Assembly: GCA_963794325.1 (NCBI GenBank)
Contig: CAWCDG010000004.1
Coordinates: 416,001-480,000 of the forward strand
Length of the DNA stretch: 64,000 nucleotides
Source of the DNA: an uncultured delta proteobacterium
GTDB lineage: Bacteria; Desulfobacterota; Binatia; Binatales; Binataceae
Reading direction: 5' to 3'
In this document: one piece after another, positions 19,209-29,076 of the stretch
Numbering within the stretch: the first letter of the stretch is position 1
How the letters are laid out: every line of letters starts with the position of its first letter
Made by a program: the position numbers and the translations under genes
The notes under the pieces: generated by a model
Seen by the model: only the letters and a program-made list of their open reading frames with translations
Told to the model about the DNA's origin: nothing
Databases searched by the model: none

Positions 19209-20172
19209 ATAGATGCAGCGCGGCATAAGCAGCGCCCACCACACCACCCTGCGGACCCAGCGCAGCGCGCACGATTTTTGCTTGCGAGGCGATCGCCGTA
19301 AACGCTCGCTCACGCACCTGCGCATTCATGGTTTTGCGCATGTAGGGCAGCGCGCCGGCAACCCCGCCTCCAATCACGACCAGCTCGGGGTTGAAGATAT
19401 TGAGAAACGACGCGATCGCGATTCCCAGGTAGTGACCGGCGGTCGCAAAAGCCTCGAGCGCGAGCCGGTCGCCACGGCGAGCCAAGGCGGACAGTCCTCG
19501 CACCGAGAAATTTTTTTCAGAATCGACGATTTGCGCTGGTAGTGGCGACCCCGGTGGCAGGCCAAGGCGTGTTTCGACCAAACCCCGCAGGCCGGACGCC
19601 GAGGCGTAAGACTCGAGGCATCCGTGCGATCCGCAATCGCATGGCGGTCCGTCGGGATTGACCGTCACGTGGCCCAATTCGCCCGCCATACCGGTCAACC
19701 CGTGAACCAGCTTGCCCCCGACGATCAGCCCGCCGCCGACGCCGGTGCCGAGCGTCAGCAGCACGACGTCGCGACGTCCGCGCGCAGCACCGCGCCAGTA
19801 TTCGCCGAGCGCCCAGGCGTTGGCGTCATTGTCGACGACCACCTTGCGGCCGATCAGTTCTTCGAGCTTGTTGCGCAGCGGGTATCCGCGCCATGCGGCG
19901 ACATGCGGCGCCTGCATCACGGTGCCGGTGTGAACGTTGAGCGGCCCGGGGACGGCGACTCCGATCGCGCGAGGAGAGCCGAGTCCGCGCCGGCGCGCGG
20001 TGTCGAGCAGATGAAGGGTTTGCACGGCGATATTTTCAGCGACGTCGCCGGCCTTGCGCGATGCGAGCGACGGGCCGTGCTCAATCATTAAGACATCGCC
20101 GGTGACGGATACGGCTGCGCATCGGATATTGGTGCCACCCATATCCAGCCCGACCGCCCATGCCCGCGTCAT
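19207..20172 (-). CDS. ROK family sugar kinase (glucokinase-like)
   Basis: GLDMGGTN, VDNDANAWALGE, TLGTGVGGG and GELGH...CDCGSHGCLE motifs. Confidence 0.92.
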   Translation of the reverse strand: MTRAWAVGLDMGGTNIRCAAVSVTGDVLMIEHGPSLASRKAGDVAENIAVQTLHLLDTARRRGLGSPRAIGVAVPGPLNVHTGTVMQAPHVAAWRGYPLRNKLEELIGRKVVVDNDANAWALGEYWRGAARGRRDVVLLTLGTGVGGGLIVGGKLVHGLTGMAGELGHVTVNPDGPPCDCGSHGCLESYASASGLRGLVETRLGLPPGSPLPAQIVDSEKNFSVRGLSALARRGDRLALEAFATAGHYLGIAIASFLNIFNPELVVIGGGVAGALPYMRKTMNAQVRERAFTAIASQAKIVRAALGPQGGVVGAAYAALHL

Positions 20173-21029
20173 TTTCCGGATGCGCCCGGGAATTTCATAA
20201 AGGCGAGATATTCGCGATTTCCTGCTGCGCCTTCGATCGGTGACTCGAGCGTACCAACCACGTCGAGGCCGGTCTTCTGCGCAAACTCGACGATGCCCGC
20301 GACCGCTTCGCGCCGCAGCTTTTCGTCCTTGACCACGCCGCCCTTGCCCACCTTGCCCTTGCCGACTTCGAACTGCGGCTTGATCAGCGCGACAAGCTCA
20401 GTACGCGGCGCGACCAGCGCCAGCACCGCTGGAATCACCAAACGCAACGAGATGAAGCTGGTGTCGATCGTCACGAGCTCGGGCACGTGCGGCAAGTCGG
20501 TCGGCGAGGCGAGGCGAATATTCATGCGGTCGAGCACGGTGACGCGCGGATCTTCGCGCAGCTTGAGCACGAGCTGGCCGTAGCCGACGTCCATCGCGAT
20601 GACGGCCTTGGCGCCGCGGCGCAGCAGCACGTCGGTGAAGCCGCCGGTCGATGCGCCGACGTCCATCGCGAGCTTGCCTTCGACCGAGATGCCGAAATGC
20701 TCGAGCGCGGCGATCAGCTTGTAGGCTCCCCGCGACGCGAATTGCGGCGCACCGGCCATCAGATCGATCGGCGTTTCGGAATCGACCTTGAGATCAGCTT
20801 TGTAGGCCGGACGCGAGTTAACGCGGACGCGTCCCGCCATTATCAGGCGCTGCGCGATTTCGCGGCTGTCGGCCAGACCGCGGCGCGCCATTTCGGCGTC
20901 GAGCCGGAAGCGGGCCAGCGGTGCGGAGGCGCGCCGGGTCCTGGTTTTAGGCTTGGGACTCGCGCCGGAACCGTTGTTAGAAGGGTGTTTCGTCGTCGTC
21001 CTTTTCGCCGGCGGAGTTTTCGTTTTCAT
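20169..21029 (-). CDS. tlyA: TlyA family rRNA 2'-O-methyltransferase (start uncertain)
   Basis: S4 domain RLD...RGLA.SR, SRGAYKL, DVGASTGGFTD, LIKPQFE and GNREY motifs. Confidence 0.92.
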   Translation of the reverse strand: MKTKTPPAKRTTTKHPSNNGSGASPKPKTRTRRASAPLARFRLDAEMARRGLADSREIAQRLIMAGRVRVNSRPAYKADLKVDSETPIDLMAGAPQFASRGAYKLIAALEHFGISVEGKLAMDVGASTGGFTDVLLRRGAKAVIAMDVGYGQLVLKLREDPRVTVLDRMNIRLASPTDLPHVPELVTIDTSFISLRLVIPAVLALVAPRTELVALIKPQFEVGKGKVGKGGVVKDEKLRREAVAGIVEFAQKTGLDVVGTLESPIEGAAGNREYLAFMKFPGASGK

Positions 21030-21264
21030 TCTCAGACGATGGTTCGAAGGGCGCCGTGCGCAGTTCGCCGCCGGCGCTCCGCGTTAGCAATTCGACCTTG
21101 CGCTCGACTTCGTCCAGTTTCCCATTGAGCGCCTTCACCAGCATCACGCCGCGTTCGAAGGCTCCGATCGATTCCTCCAGCGTGAGCGCGCCCGAATCGA
21201 TCTGACTGACAATCGTTTCCAACTCCTTGAGCTCATCTTCAAATTTTTTCGTCTTCGTAGTCAT
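20977..21264 (-). CDS. xseB: Exodeoxyribonuclease VII small subunit
   Basis: FEDELKELETIV..I.SG.LTLEESI..FERG..L; follows xseA. Confidence 0.92.
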   Translation of the reverse strand: MTTKTKKFEDELKELETIVSQIDSGALTLEESIGAFERGVMLVKALNGKLDEVERKVELLTRSAGGELRTAPFEPSSENENENSAGEKDDDETPF

Positions 21265-21279
21265 CCAGGGCTGCTGCTT

Positions 21280-22635
21280 CTATAAGGGCCGGCCGGTCGC
21301 GCGCGCAGTGAGCCGCCCTTTCGCCAGCCTGATATCCAGCTCGTCGTCGAACTTCACCGTCGCGGGGTCGAGCACCGCGCGCGAACTTGTTTTGTTGATC
21401 ACCACGGCATAGCCGCGATCGAGAACTTTCAGCGGCGACAATGCGTCCAGCCGGCCCGCATCCGCGCCGAGCTGGCGCCGCTTGGCTTCCAGAGCCGACG
21501 CAACGCCATGCACAAGATTGTTGCGGAGCCTCGTGGTACGAAGGCGCAGGTCGCGCACGGTCGCATCCGGACTGCGGAGACGCAGTCGCAACTCGCGGAC
21601 ACTGCGGCGTCCTTCGGCGATTCGCGACGACACCGCATCGGCGAGTTCCGCGCCGACTCCGACGACGCGTTCGCGCGCCTCGGCGACGATGCTGCCGGGA
21701 TGGCGGATGCGCTCCGCCAAATCGTCCACCGATTCGCGACGGCCCGAGAGTTCGCGCGCCATCACGCTCGCGAGCGACGCGCCGAGCGATTCGACGCGTT
21801 CCTTCAATTCGACGAGGCTTGGCACGACCGTCTGCGCAGCCGCCGTGGGAGTTGGCGCGCGCAAGTCGGCGACGAAATCCGCGATCGTGTAATCGACCTC
21901 GTGGCCCACCGCGGAAATAACCGGAATCAACGATCGGAAAATCGCGCGGGCGACGACTTCTTCGTTGAATGCCCACAAATCTTCGAGCGAACCGCCACCG
22001 CGTCCGACGATCAGGACTTCGGCGCGGCCGTCGCGATTGAGGTCGGCGATCGCGTCGGCGATTTCCTGCGCGGAGCCGTCGCCCTGCACTTTTGCCGGCC
22101 GGAAAATCACCTGCACGCTTGGGAATCGATCGAACAAAATGCGCAGCATGTCTCGGAGTCCCGCGCCGCCATGCGCCGTCACGATTCCAATCCGTCGCGG
22201 CAGGAACGGTATCGCGCGTTTGCGTGCGCGATCGAACAGTCCTTCGACTTCGAGCCGCCGCTTCAACTGCTCGAATGCGACCTGCAAGGCGCCGACGCCG
22301 CGCGGTTCCATCTCCTCGGCGTAAAGTTGCAGCGCGCCGCGTTGCTCGAAAATCTGCACGCGGCCGCGAACGATTACTTCCATCCCATCGACGACTTTGA
22401 AGCGCATCCGCTGATACGCCGACTTGAACATCACTACGTTGATCGCACTGCGGGCGTCCTTGAGCGTGAAATACAAATGATTCGACGGCGCCAGGCGCGC
22501 ATTCGAGATCTCGCCAACCACCCATCCCTCGCCGAGGCCCGCGTCAAGCGTGTCGCGAACCATGCGCACCAGGTCCGATACGGTAATCAGGCCTGTGCGA
22601 TTCCCGCGCAAAGAAAGATTGAGCTGCCCCGCCAT
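21280..22635 (-). CDS. xseA: Exodeoxyribonuclease VII large subunit
   Basis: WVVGEISN, HLYFTLKD, RGGGSLEDLWAFNEE, SAVGHEVD, RAPTPTAAA and LSPLKVLDRGYA motifs. Confidence 0.97.
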   Translation of the reverse strand: MAGQLNLSLRGNRTGLITVSDLVRMVRDTLDAGLGEGWVVGEISNARLAPSNHLYFTLKDARSAINVVMFKSAYQRMRFKVVDGMEVIVRGRVQIFEQRGALQLYAEEMEPRGVGALQVAFEQLKRRLEVEGLFDRARKRAIPFLPRRIGIVTAHGGAGLRDMLRILFDRFPSVQVIFRPAKVQGDGSAQEIADAIADLNRDGRAEVLIVGRGGGSLEDLWAFNEEVVARAIFRSLIPVISAVGHEVDYTIADFVADLRAPTPTAAAQTVVPSLVELKERVESLGASLASVMARELSGRRESVDDLAERIRHPGSIVAEARERVVGVGAELADAVSSRIAEGRRSVRELRLRLRSPDATVRDLRLRTTRLRNNLVHGVASALEAKRRQLGADAGRLDALSPLKVLDRGYAVVINKTSSRAVLDPATVKFDDELDIRLAKGRLTARATGRPL

Positions 22636-22683
22636 TATTCGCTTAGCTTATCAGAACGAGTTGCCGGAGACCTATATGGCGCA

Positions 22684-23250
22684 TTAGACGAGCTTTTCGA
22701 CGATCGACCTTGCTAGAGGCTCGCGATGGCGCATCCGGCCGAGGTATCGAGCCTTCACGATTTGCTGCGGCGACTCATCGTCGACCGCGGTAGTTCTGTC
22801 GCAATCGCAGAGAATGTAGCCGGCGACGCTGAGTCCTCGATTGTCGCATCGATCGAGCACTAGCTTCGTAGCTTCAGCGCATCGGGGACGATTCCCTACC
22901 ACCACGATCACTTCTAGATTGAGCATCGCGGCCAAGTCGGCGAAATCGAGTAGCTCTGTGCTTTCGACCAGCACGACGTCATTTTGCGCGGCGATTTCGT
23001 TGAAGCATCGCGAGATGTGCGACAAGTTGGGCGCGGCCGAGCTGTTGTGATACGGACAAATCAGGTCCGTCGGCAGAACCGAACCGACTGCGAGCGCCAG
23101 TGCTTGCGCATCCTCCGATCCGAGCGTGTCGGCCGGTTTCATCACACCGACGCGCAATCGGCGGGCGCGCATCGCGAATCCGAGCGCGCATCCGATTGTA
23201 GTCTTACCGACGCGCGCGCCAGTTCCAGTGATTAGAAATCGTCGCGCCAT
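22684..23250 (-). CDS. Dethiobiotin synthase-like protein, shortened/degenerate
   Basis: FLITGTGARVGKT P-loop, VGVMKP, DA..L and DVVLVE present, but the following GAGG..VP segment is missing. Confidence 0.65.
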   Translation of the reverse strand: MARRFLITGTGARVGKTTIGCALGFAMRARRLRVGVMKPADTLGSEDAQALALAVGSVLPTDLICPYHNSSAAPNLSHISRCFNEIAAQNDVVLVESTELLDFADLAAMLNLEVIVVVGNRPRCAEATKLVLDRCDNRGLSVAGYILCDCDRTTAVDDESPQQIVKARYLGRMRHREPLARSIVEKLV

Positions 23251-23327
23251 AGCGTGATCAGCCTGCATATTGAAGCTACCATCTACCCGATGCTTGCGAT
23301 GCAGAGTCGCTGGAGGGAGGAATTCAA

Positions 23328-23855
23328 ATGACTAGTGCTAACGCCCCCGTAATCGAGAAATGGGAACGGCAGCGCATCCGCCACGTCCATCGCCACAAGC
23401 CCGTTATCAATATCAACCGGGTTGACGCCGAGAAGCTCACCACCGGTCAGCGGGTCGCGGATCGCCTGGCAACGGTGATGGGCAGTTGGGCGTTCATCAT
23501 CATACAGTCGATCGTCCTGGCGTTCTGGATCGCCCTGAACGTCGTCGCGTACATCAATCATTGGGATCCTTACCCGTTCATCCTGCTGAACCTGGCGCTG
23601 AGTTTTCAGGCTGCGTACGCCGCGCCGATTATCATGATGTCGCAGAATCGGCAGGCTGCGAAGGACCGGCTGATGGCCGAGCAGGATTACGAGATAAATC
23701 TCAAGGCCGAGGACGAGCTGAAATCAATCATGAACCATCTCGAGCAGCAGGACGAGGTGATGCTCGACATTCTGCGCCGGATGGAAGGGCAGCATCAGGT
23801 GATCATGGGCACGCTCGGCGCAACCGTTCCGGACGGCAATGCCGCGCCTGCGTGA
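23328..23855 (+). CDS. DUF1003 family membrane protein
   Basis: ADRLATVMGSWAFI, WDPYPFILLNLALSFQAAYAAPIIMMSQNRQ and DYEINLKAE motifs. Confidence 0.92.
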   Translation: MTSANAPVIEKWERQRIRHVHRHKPVININRVDAEKLTTGQRVADRLATVMGSWAFIIIQSIVLAFWIALNVVAYINHWDPYPFILLNLALSFQAAYAAPIIMMSQNRQAAKDRLMAEQDYEINLKAEDELKSIMNHLEQQDEVMLDILRRMEGQHQVIMGTLGATVPDGNAAPA

Positions 23856-23891
23856 AAAAAAAGCGCCGGACATCGTCATGATGCCCGGCGC
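23855..23891 (-). terminator. Intrinsic terminator for the S41 peptidase gene
   Basis: Minus strand reads gcgccgggcatc-atgac-gatgtccggcgc followed by T8. Confidence 0.8.
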
Positions 23892-23913
23892 GTCGCGAAC
23901 TCTTCGGTTGCTA

Positions 23914-25353
23914 CTAGTCGCCTTTTGACTTGCTGGTTTCGGTGGCCGACGCGGACTGCAATTCGCCCTTGGCCAGCTGGAGCTTGAACGTGTTCCAATG
24001 CTTCAGGATGTCGATCGCACGATCGAGCTGCACGTCCTTTTCCTCTTTGGCCTTGGCATTCTTCGCGCCTTTCGCGCCCGGCGCCTTGTCGCCCTTGTCG
24101 GTTCCTGGAGCGGACGCGCCGGTATCGCCAGTCGCCGGGCTGCCGTCCTTCTTCTGCCCGTTCTGGAAATGATGCGGCAGATCTCTCTCATGGATTTCCG
24201 GGTTCTCGTCGAACTCGCCGCCTTCCTGGGTTATCGATGCGATCGTTTCCTTGGGCGGCGCGACATCGACATCCGGCGTGATTCCCACGGCCTGAATCGA
24301 GCGGCCGGCTGGAGTGTAGTAGCGCGCCGTCGTCAGGCGCAGCGCCGAATGATCGTCGAGCGGTAGAATCGTCTGCACCGAGCCTTTGCCGAAGGTCTGC
24401 GTGCCGAGAATCACGGCGCGCTTCTGATCCTGCAACGCACCGGCCACGATTTCACTCGCGCTGGCACTGCCGCCGTTCACGATCACTACCATCGGATAAT
24501 CGACGAAATCTTTCTTCTTGTGCGAGAAGTATTTCTGCTGCTGATTCTCCTCGCGTCCCTGCGTGTAAACGATCAGTCCGCCGTCGAGAAAATCATCGGA
24601 GACTTTCACCGCCTGGTTCAGCAATCCTCCGGGATTGTCGCGCAGGTCGAATACGATTCCCTTGATCTTGCCGTGGTCCTTCGCTTCGAAATCGTCGATC
24701 GCCTTCTCGACGCCGTCACCCGTATTCTCCTGGAACGTGGTGACGCGGATGTAACCGTAGCCCTCTGGCAGCATCTTCGCCTTGACCGACTGAATCTTGA
24801 TGACGTCGCGCGCGAGCGTCACGGTGAACAGCTCGGGCACGCCGTTGCGATGCAGCGTCAGCTTGATCTTGCTGCCCTTGGGGCCGCGCATCCGCTTGAC
24901 CGCATCGGTAAGCGACATGTCTTTGGTGAAGTCGTCGTCGATCTTGATTATCTGATCGCCGGCTTTAAGCCCGGCACGATACGCCGGCGTGTCTTCGATC
25001 GGCGCAACCACCGTCAGCGCGCCATTCTTGATCGTTATCTCGATTCCGAGACCGCCGAAGCTGCCGCGTGTCTCAACCTCGAGGTCGCGATACAGGTCGG
25101 GCGTCAGGTACGCGCTATGCGGGTCGAGCGACGCCAGCATCCCGCTGATCGCGCCGTCGATCAGCTTCTTGGTGGTGACCGGCTCGACGTAGTTTTTCTG
25201 CACGATTGCGAGCACGCTCGCGAATGTGTCGAGCTCCTGGTAGGTGTCGTTCGAAAGCGCCTGAGCTCGCCGCACGGCGACCTCCTGCAGCACTACGAAA
25301 CAGGAGACCAGGCAGACCGCCAATGTGATCGACCATCGATGTCTTTTAATCAT
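23914..25353 (-). CDS. ctpA: Carboxyl-terminal processing protease, S41 family (PDZ)
   Basis: LDPHSAY, FGGLGIEI, DLRDNPGGLL, SASASEIVAGALQD and TFGKGSVQ motifs. Confidence 0.93.
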   Translation of the reverse strand: MIKRHRWSITLAVCLVSCFVVLQEVAVRRAQALSNDTYQELDTFASVLAIVQKNYVEPVTTKKLIDGAISGMLASLDPHSAYLTPDLYRDLEVETRGSFGGLGIEITIKNGALTVVAPIEDTPAYRAGLKAGDQIIKIDDDFTKDMSLTDAVKRMRGPKGSKIKLTLHRNGVPELFTVTLARDVIKIQSVKAKMLPEGYGYIRVTTFQENTGDGVEKAIDDFEAKDHGKIKGIVFDLRDNPGGLLNQAVKVSDDFLDGGLIVYTQGREENQQQKYFSHKKKDFVDYPMVVIVNGGSASASEIVAGALQDQKRAVILGTQTFGKGSVQTILPLDDHSALRLTTARYYTPAGRSIQAVGITPDVDVAPPKETIASITQEGGEFDENPEIHERDLPHHFQNGQKKDGSPATGDTGASAPGTDKGDKAPGAKGAKNAKAKEEKDVQLDRAIDILKHWNTFKLQLAKGELQSASATETSKSKGD

Positions 25354-25469
25354 GGAAATTTACTGCTGCCGCCCGAGAAAACGTAATTTGTGAGTTGTTC
25401 ATTAAAGCAGATGCCGCACTCTGATGCATACGGTCGCGACACCCGCCCGGTTACCGCTAAATCTCTCTT

Positions 25470-26048
25470 TTATCCCTTTTTTGAATTCAGCAACTGCTGC
25501 AATGCGTCTCTGACGTCGGGCCGCGACCAGTCAAACGCGCCCATATGATGCGCGACAATCTGCCCTTTGCGATCGATTATGAACGTCTCGGGCACCCCGC
25601 TCACGTCGTAAGTCTCGCCGATCTTGTTCTCCGGGTCGAGCAGAATTGTGAAGTGATACCCGTTCTTCGCGACATACGGCGCCACCGCCGCGCGGCCTTT
25701 CGTGTCCTGGCTGACCGCGAGCATCACGAAATCCTTATTGGTCTTGAAACTGTCATACAAAGTCTGCATCGACGGCATTTCCTCGCGGCACGGCTCGCAC
25801 CACGTCGCCCATACGTTCAGAAAAACCACTTTGCCGCGCAGCGATTCGAGCGAGACCGTCGTCCCGTCCAGTTTCTCGAGTTTGAAATCCGCGGCCTGGC
25901 TGCCGGCCGCCACTGGAGCATCTGATTGTTCGGAATTAACCCCGATGCGCGCGCCGCGATGACCGCTCAGCACGACCAGCGCGAGCCCCGTCATCACGAC
26001 GATTCCCGCGACCAGGTAGAGGATTCGGTCCTTGATCTCCATCGGCAT
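25470..26048 (-). CDS. TlpA/ResA family thiol-disulfide reductase
   Basis: N-terminal TM, NVWATWCEPCREEMP and GVPETFIIDRKG. Confidence 0.92.
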   Translation of the reverse strand: MPMEIKDRILYLVAGIVVMTGLALVVLSGHRGARIGVNSEQSDAPVAAGSQAADFKLEKLDGTTVSLESLRGKVVFLNVWATWCEPCREEMPSMQTLYDSFKTNKDFVMLAVSQDTKGRAAVAPYVAKNGYHFTILLDPENKIGETYDVSGVPETFIIDRKGQIVAHHMGAFDWSRPDVRDALQQLLNSKKG

Positions 26049-26932
26049 CAGGCCTGCGCCGCGCTCATCGCCGGGCGACTTTCTTTCTCGCCGGGCTGCT
26101 GACCGCTCACCACCTGATCTTTTTCCCTGGTTATAAGCAGCGCGATTCCCCCGATGACCATCATCGCAAACGCAATCAACTGCGCCTCACTGAACATATA
26201 GAAAACTCGTGGATTGATTCGCCAGAACTCAACGAAGAAACGTGCGGCTCCCCCGAGCAGCAGATACCAGTACATGATGCGGCCCGCGGGATGAGACGTT
26301 TTGCGCATCGACCACAGTATTGCAAACACGCCGAGATACAGAATGGTTTCGTAAATCGGCGCGGGATGCACCCGAACGTTGAGGCAGTCCGCGAGATTCG
26401 TGCACGCCGGCACCAACTGATAGTGATCGCCCAGTTTTAATACCGTCTGCGGATTCCAGCCAACGATCGCGTGCGGATAAGACATCGCCCATGGCACGTT
26501 GGACGCCAGGCCCCAATCGCCATCGCCGGAAAGCTGGCATCCGAGCCGGCCGATTGCCTGCCCGACCGCGAGCGCCGGCCCGCACATGTCCATCGTCACG
26601 CCGAGCCCGATCCGATACCAGCGGGAGACGAGGTAAGCGCCAAGCAGTCCGCCAATCATGCCGCCGTAAAATACGAAACCCGAGCCGGAAAAAATCATCG
26701 ACTTGGGATCGGCGAGGTAGGTCGGCAAGTCGTCGAGAATGGCGTAGATGCGCGATCCGATCAGCCCGGCGACTGCGGCCGCAATCACGATAGACGACGA
26801 ATATTCGGGATCGAGGCCGCGCCGGACACATTCGAGGCGTATAACGTAGTCGGCGGCCAGGAATCCCAGCGCCATCATCAGGCCGTAACTGTAAACGGTC
26901 AGCGGGCCCAGGTGGAACAAGACAGGAATCAT
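26048..26932 (-). CDS. lgt: Prolipoprotein diacylglyceryl transferase
   Basis: YSYGLM, GFVFYGG, GQAIGRLGC, HPAPIYE and RFFVEFWR motifs. Confidence 0.93.
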   Translation of the reverse strand: MIPVLFHLGPLTVYSYGLMMALGFLAADYVIRLECVRRGLDPEYSSSIVIAAAVAGLIGSRIYAILDDLPTYLADPKSMIFSGSGFVFYGGMIGGLLGAYLVSRWYRIGLGVTMDMCGPALAVGQAIGRLGCQLSGDGDWGLASNVPWAMSYPHAIVGWNPQTVLKLGDHYQLVPACTNLADCLNVRVHPAPIYETILYLGVFAILWSMRKTSHPAGRIMYWYLLLGGAARFFVEFWRINPRVFYMFSEAQLIAFAMMVIGGIALLITREKDQVVSGQQPGEKESRPAMSAAQA

Positions 26933-27033
26933 TGTGGGTCAGATTATAGTACGCGAGCGCCCACGCTGACCACAAAGCTTTTTCGAGGTTGAGGCTGGTG
27001 CGAGCTTGGGGCTCTCTACTATATGACGCAGGT

Positions 27034-27480
27034 ATGCGGGCAGTTGTTCAACGCGTCAGCCGCGCCGAGGTACGAATCGACACTCGCGTCGCCGGGCAAA
27101 TCGCGCGAGGCTTCCTCGTACTGCTGGGCGTCGCTGAAGGAGACAGCGAGGCGGACGCGGCATTCCTGGCAGATCGAATCGTCGGGATGCGCATCTTCGC
27201 CGACGACGCCGGCAAGATGAATCTCTCGCTGTCGCAGGTCAACGGCGCGCTGCTGATTGTGTCGCAGTTCACTTTGATCGCCGACACCAATTCGGGACGC
27301 CGGCCGTCGTTCACCAAAGCTGCTCCGCCCGACGAAGCGCGGCGGCTCTACGATCACTTTCTCTCGCTCGCCCGGATTCGCGGTGTTAAAGTCGAGACAG
27401 GCGAGTTCGGCGCCACGATGGACGTCGAGCTGGTAAACGACGGCCCGGTAACGATCATCCTCGATAGCCGTGAGAAATAA
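27034..27480 (+). CDS. dtd: D-aminoacyl-tRNA deacylase
   Basis: MRAVVQRV, SQFTL, GRRPSF and VELVNDGPVT motifs. Confidence 0.96.
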   Translation: MRAVVQRVSRAEVRIDTRVAGQIARGFLVLLGVAEGDSEADAAFLADRIVGMRIFADDAGKMNLSLSQVNGALLIVSQFTLIADTNSGRRPSFTKAAPPDEARRLYDHFLSLARIRGVKVETGEFGATMDVELVNDGPVTIILDSREK

Positions 27481-27486
27481 GAACTA

Positions 27487-27963
27487 ATGCCGCGCGCAGG
27501 ATTCTATACCGTCGAATCGGGGAAGATCTCGTTTCGTCGCGACGGTAACTGGTACAGCGACGACGAGCGGATTGACAACCCGCGAATCTCGCTGCTTTTC
27601 AGCCAGAGTATCAAGCGCAATCCCGACGGCAGCTACTTTCTGCAAGTCGCCGAAGAACGCGCGTCGATCACCGTCGAGGACACGCCGTACGTCGTCAAGG
27701 CGCTCGAGGACGATGAATTGGGCGGATTCACGATGGTGCTGAACGACGACACTCGCGAGCCGCTCGATCCCGATGCGCTCGAAGTCGGCGCGGGCAACGT
27801 CCTCTATGCGCGGGTCAAGCGCGGAGACGCTCGCGCGCGCTTTCTGCGTTCGGCCTATTACCATCTGAGTGATCGCTTCGAATCCGACGAGGCCGGCCGC
27901 TTCTATATCAACCTCAAGGGGCATCGCTATCCGCTCGCGGGCGCATCTGGATCGAACCCCTGA
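27487..27963 (+). CDS. DUF1285-like protein
   Basis: RDGNWY....I, ITVEDTPYVV, LYARVK...ARFLRSAYY pattern. Confidence 0.75.
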   Translation: MPRAGFYTVESGKISFRRDGNWYSDDERIDNPRISLLFSQSIKRNPDGSYFLQVAEERASITVEDTPYVVKALEDDELGGFTMVLNDDTREPLDPDALEVGAGNVLYARVKRGDARARFLRSAYYHLSDRFESDEAGRFYINLKGHRYPLAGASGSNP

Positions 27964-28454
27964 TGCAGCTAGCCGAGCCGAATCTGCACATCGTCCTGGT
28001 GCGTCCCGAAATCCCGCAGAACACGGGCTCGATCGCGCGGCTGGCCGCCGCAATAAAAGCTCGCCTCCATCTGGTAGGTCCGCTTGGTTTCTCGCTGGAA
28101 GATCGCTACCTCAAGCGCGCCGGACTCGACTACTGGCCGCTGGTCGATTTGCAGACATACGAGAGCTGGGAGCAGTTCACCGGGCAGCATCACGATTCGC
28201 CGCACGCGAAAACGAAATTCTTCTCAACCCATGGGCCGGCGTCGTATCTCGATGCGCATTACAAGCGCGGCGATTTTCTGTTCTTCGGCGGCGAGACCAA
28301 GGGTCTCGGCAAAGAATTCCTGTCCGAAAGAACGGACCGCGCTTATCGGATTCCAATCTTCGAGGCGGGCGTGCGCAGCCTGAATCTCTCCAACGCAGTT
28401 TCGATTGTTGTATATGAAGCGCTGCGCCAGACCGGCGCGCTCAGGACTTCTTGA
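27963..28454 (+). CDS. trmL: tRNA (cytidine/uridine-34 2'-O)-methyltransferase, SPOUT
   Basis: PEIPQNTG.IAR, LKRAGLDYW, FGGETKGL and RSLNLSNAV..VYEALRQ motifs. Confidence 0.93.
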   Translation: MQLAEPNLHIVLVRPEIPQNTGSIARLAAAIKARLHLVGPLGFSLEDRYLKRAGLDYWPLVDLQTYESWEQFTGQHHDSPHAKTKFFSTHGPASYLDAHYKRGDFLFFGGETKGLGKEFLSERTDRAYRIPIFEAGVRSLNLSNAVSIVVYEALRQTGALRTS

Positions 28455-28686
28455 CGCTGCAACTGCCGCAGCCGCTGCTGCATCCACCCTTCTCGCCCTC
28501 GCCCTCGGCAGGCGGCGGTCCAAAATAGTAGCCCGCCTGCTCGAGATCGCCGGGCGAGACCCACTTCAGGTTTTCCGCAATCGGCGTATCGCAATGCACG
28601 CAGACGCGACGTTCGGCGCTTTCGTTGTCGTCATCGAGCGCGACGTACGTCAGCACCGATTTGCCGCAACGCGCGCAATCGGCCAT
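28441..28686 (-). CDS. Small zinc-ribbon-like hypothetical protein with a Cys-rich tail
   Basis: CARC...CVHC and C-terminal GGCSSGCGSC. Confidence 0.7.
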   Translation of the reverse strand: MADCARCGKSVLTYVALDDDNESAERRVCVHCDTPIAENLKWVSPGDLEQAGYYFGPPPAEGEGEKGGCSSGCGSCSVKKS

Positions 28687-28779
28687 CGGGAATGACGAGT
28701 CTCTAAGTGCGAGCAGCGGCGTGGACATCGAAATTCACACTACACGATTGTGCAGGTGAGTTTCGATGCCTACAAAAGC

Positions 28780-29076
28780 CTATCGACCACGGTCCGCCGG
28801 AATCTCAATCGTTTTCGAAGGTCCGACTGGATTCGGTGCCGGAGGCGGCAGATCATAGTCTGACCAACCGTCCAACCCGTACGCATCATAGGCGTCGCCC
28901 CACGGATCGAGGTATGCCGGACCGACGATCGACGACCCATACCCATATGTCGGGTAGCCGTAGGTCGAGTAACCATAATCCCTACCGTAATTTGAACCGC
29001 GGTAGGAGCCTTGGGTCGAAACGAAGCCAACCAGAAGCGACAGAGCTGCCAGGTTTGCCAAGATTTTCCGCATCAT
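28780..29076 (-). CDS. Putative secreted Tyr/Gly/Pro-rich hypothetical protein
   Basis: Signal-like MMRKILANLAALSLLVG followed by YG-rich low-complexity text. Confidence 0.45.
   Translation of the reverse strand: MMRKILANLAALSLLVGFVSTQGSYRGSNYGRDYGYSTYGYPTYGYGSSIVGPAYLDPWGDAYDAYGLDGWSDYDLPPPAPNPVGPSKTIEIPADRGR

Noticed and set aside
28780-29076. Tyr/Gly-rich ORF as a RiPP precursor or a lipoprotein
   Set aside because: No modifying enzymes are nearby, and the would-be lipobox reads LLVG-F, not Cys. It is kept only as a low-confidence hypothetical.
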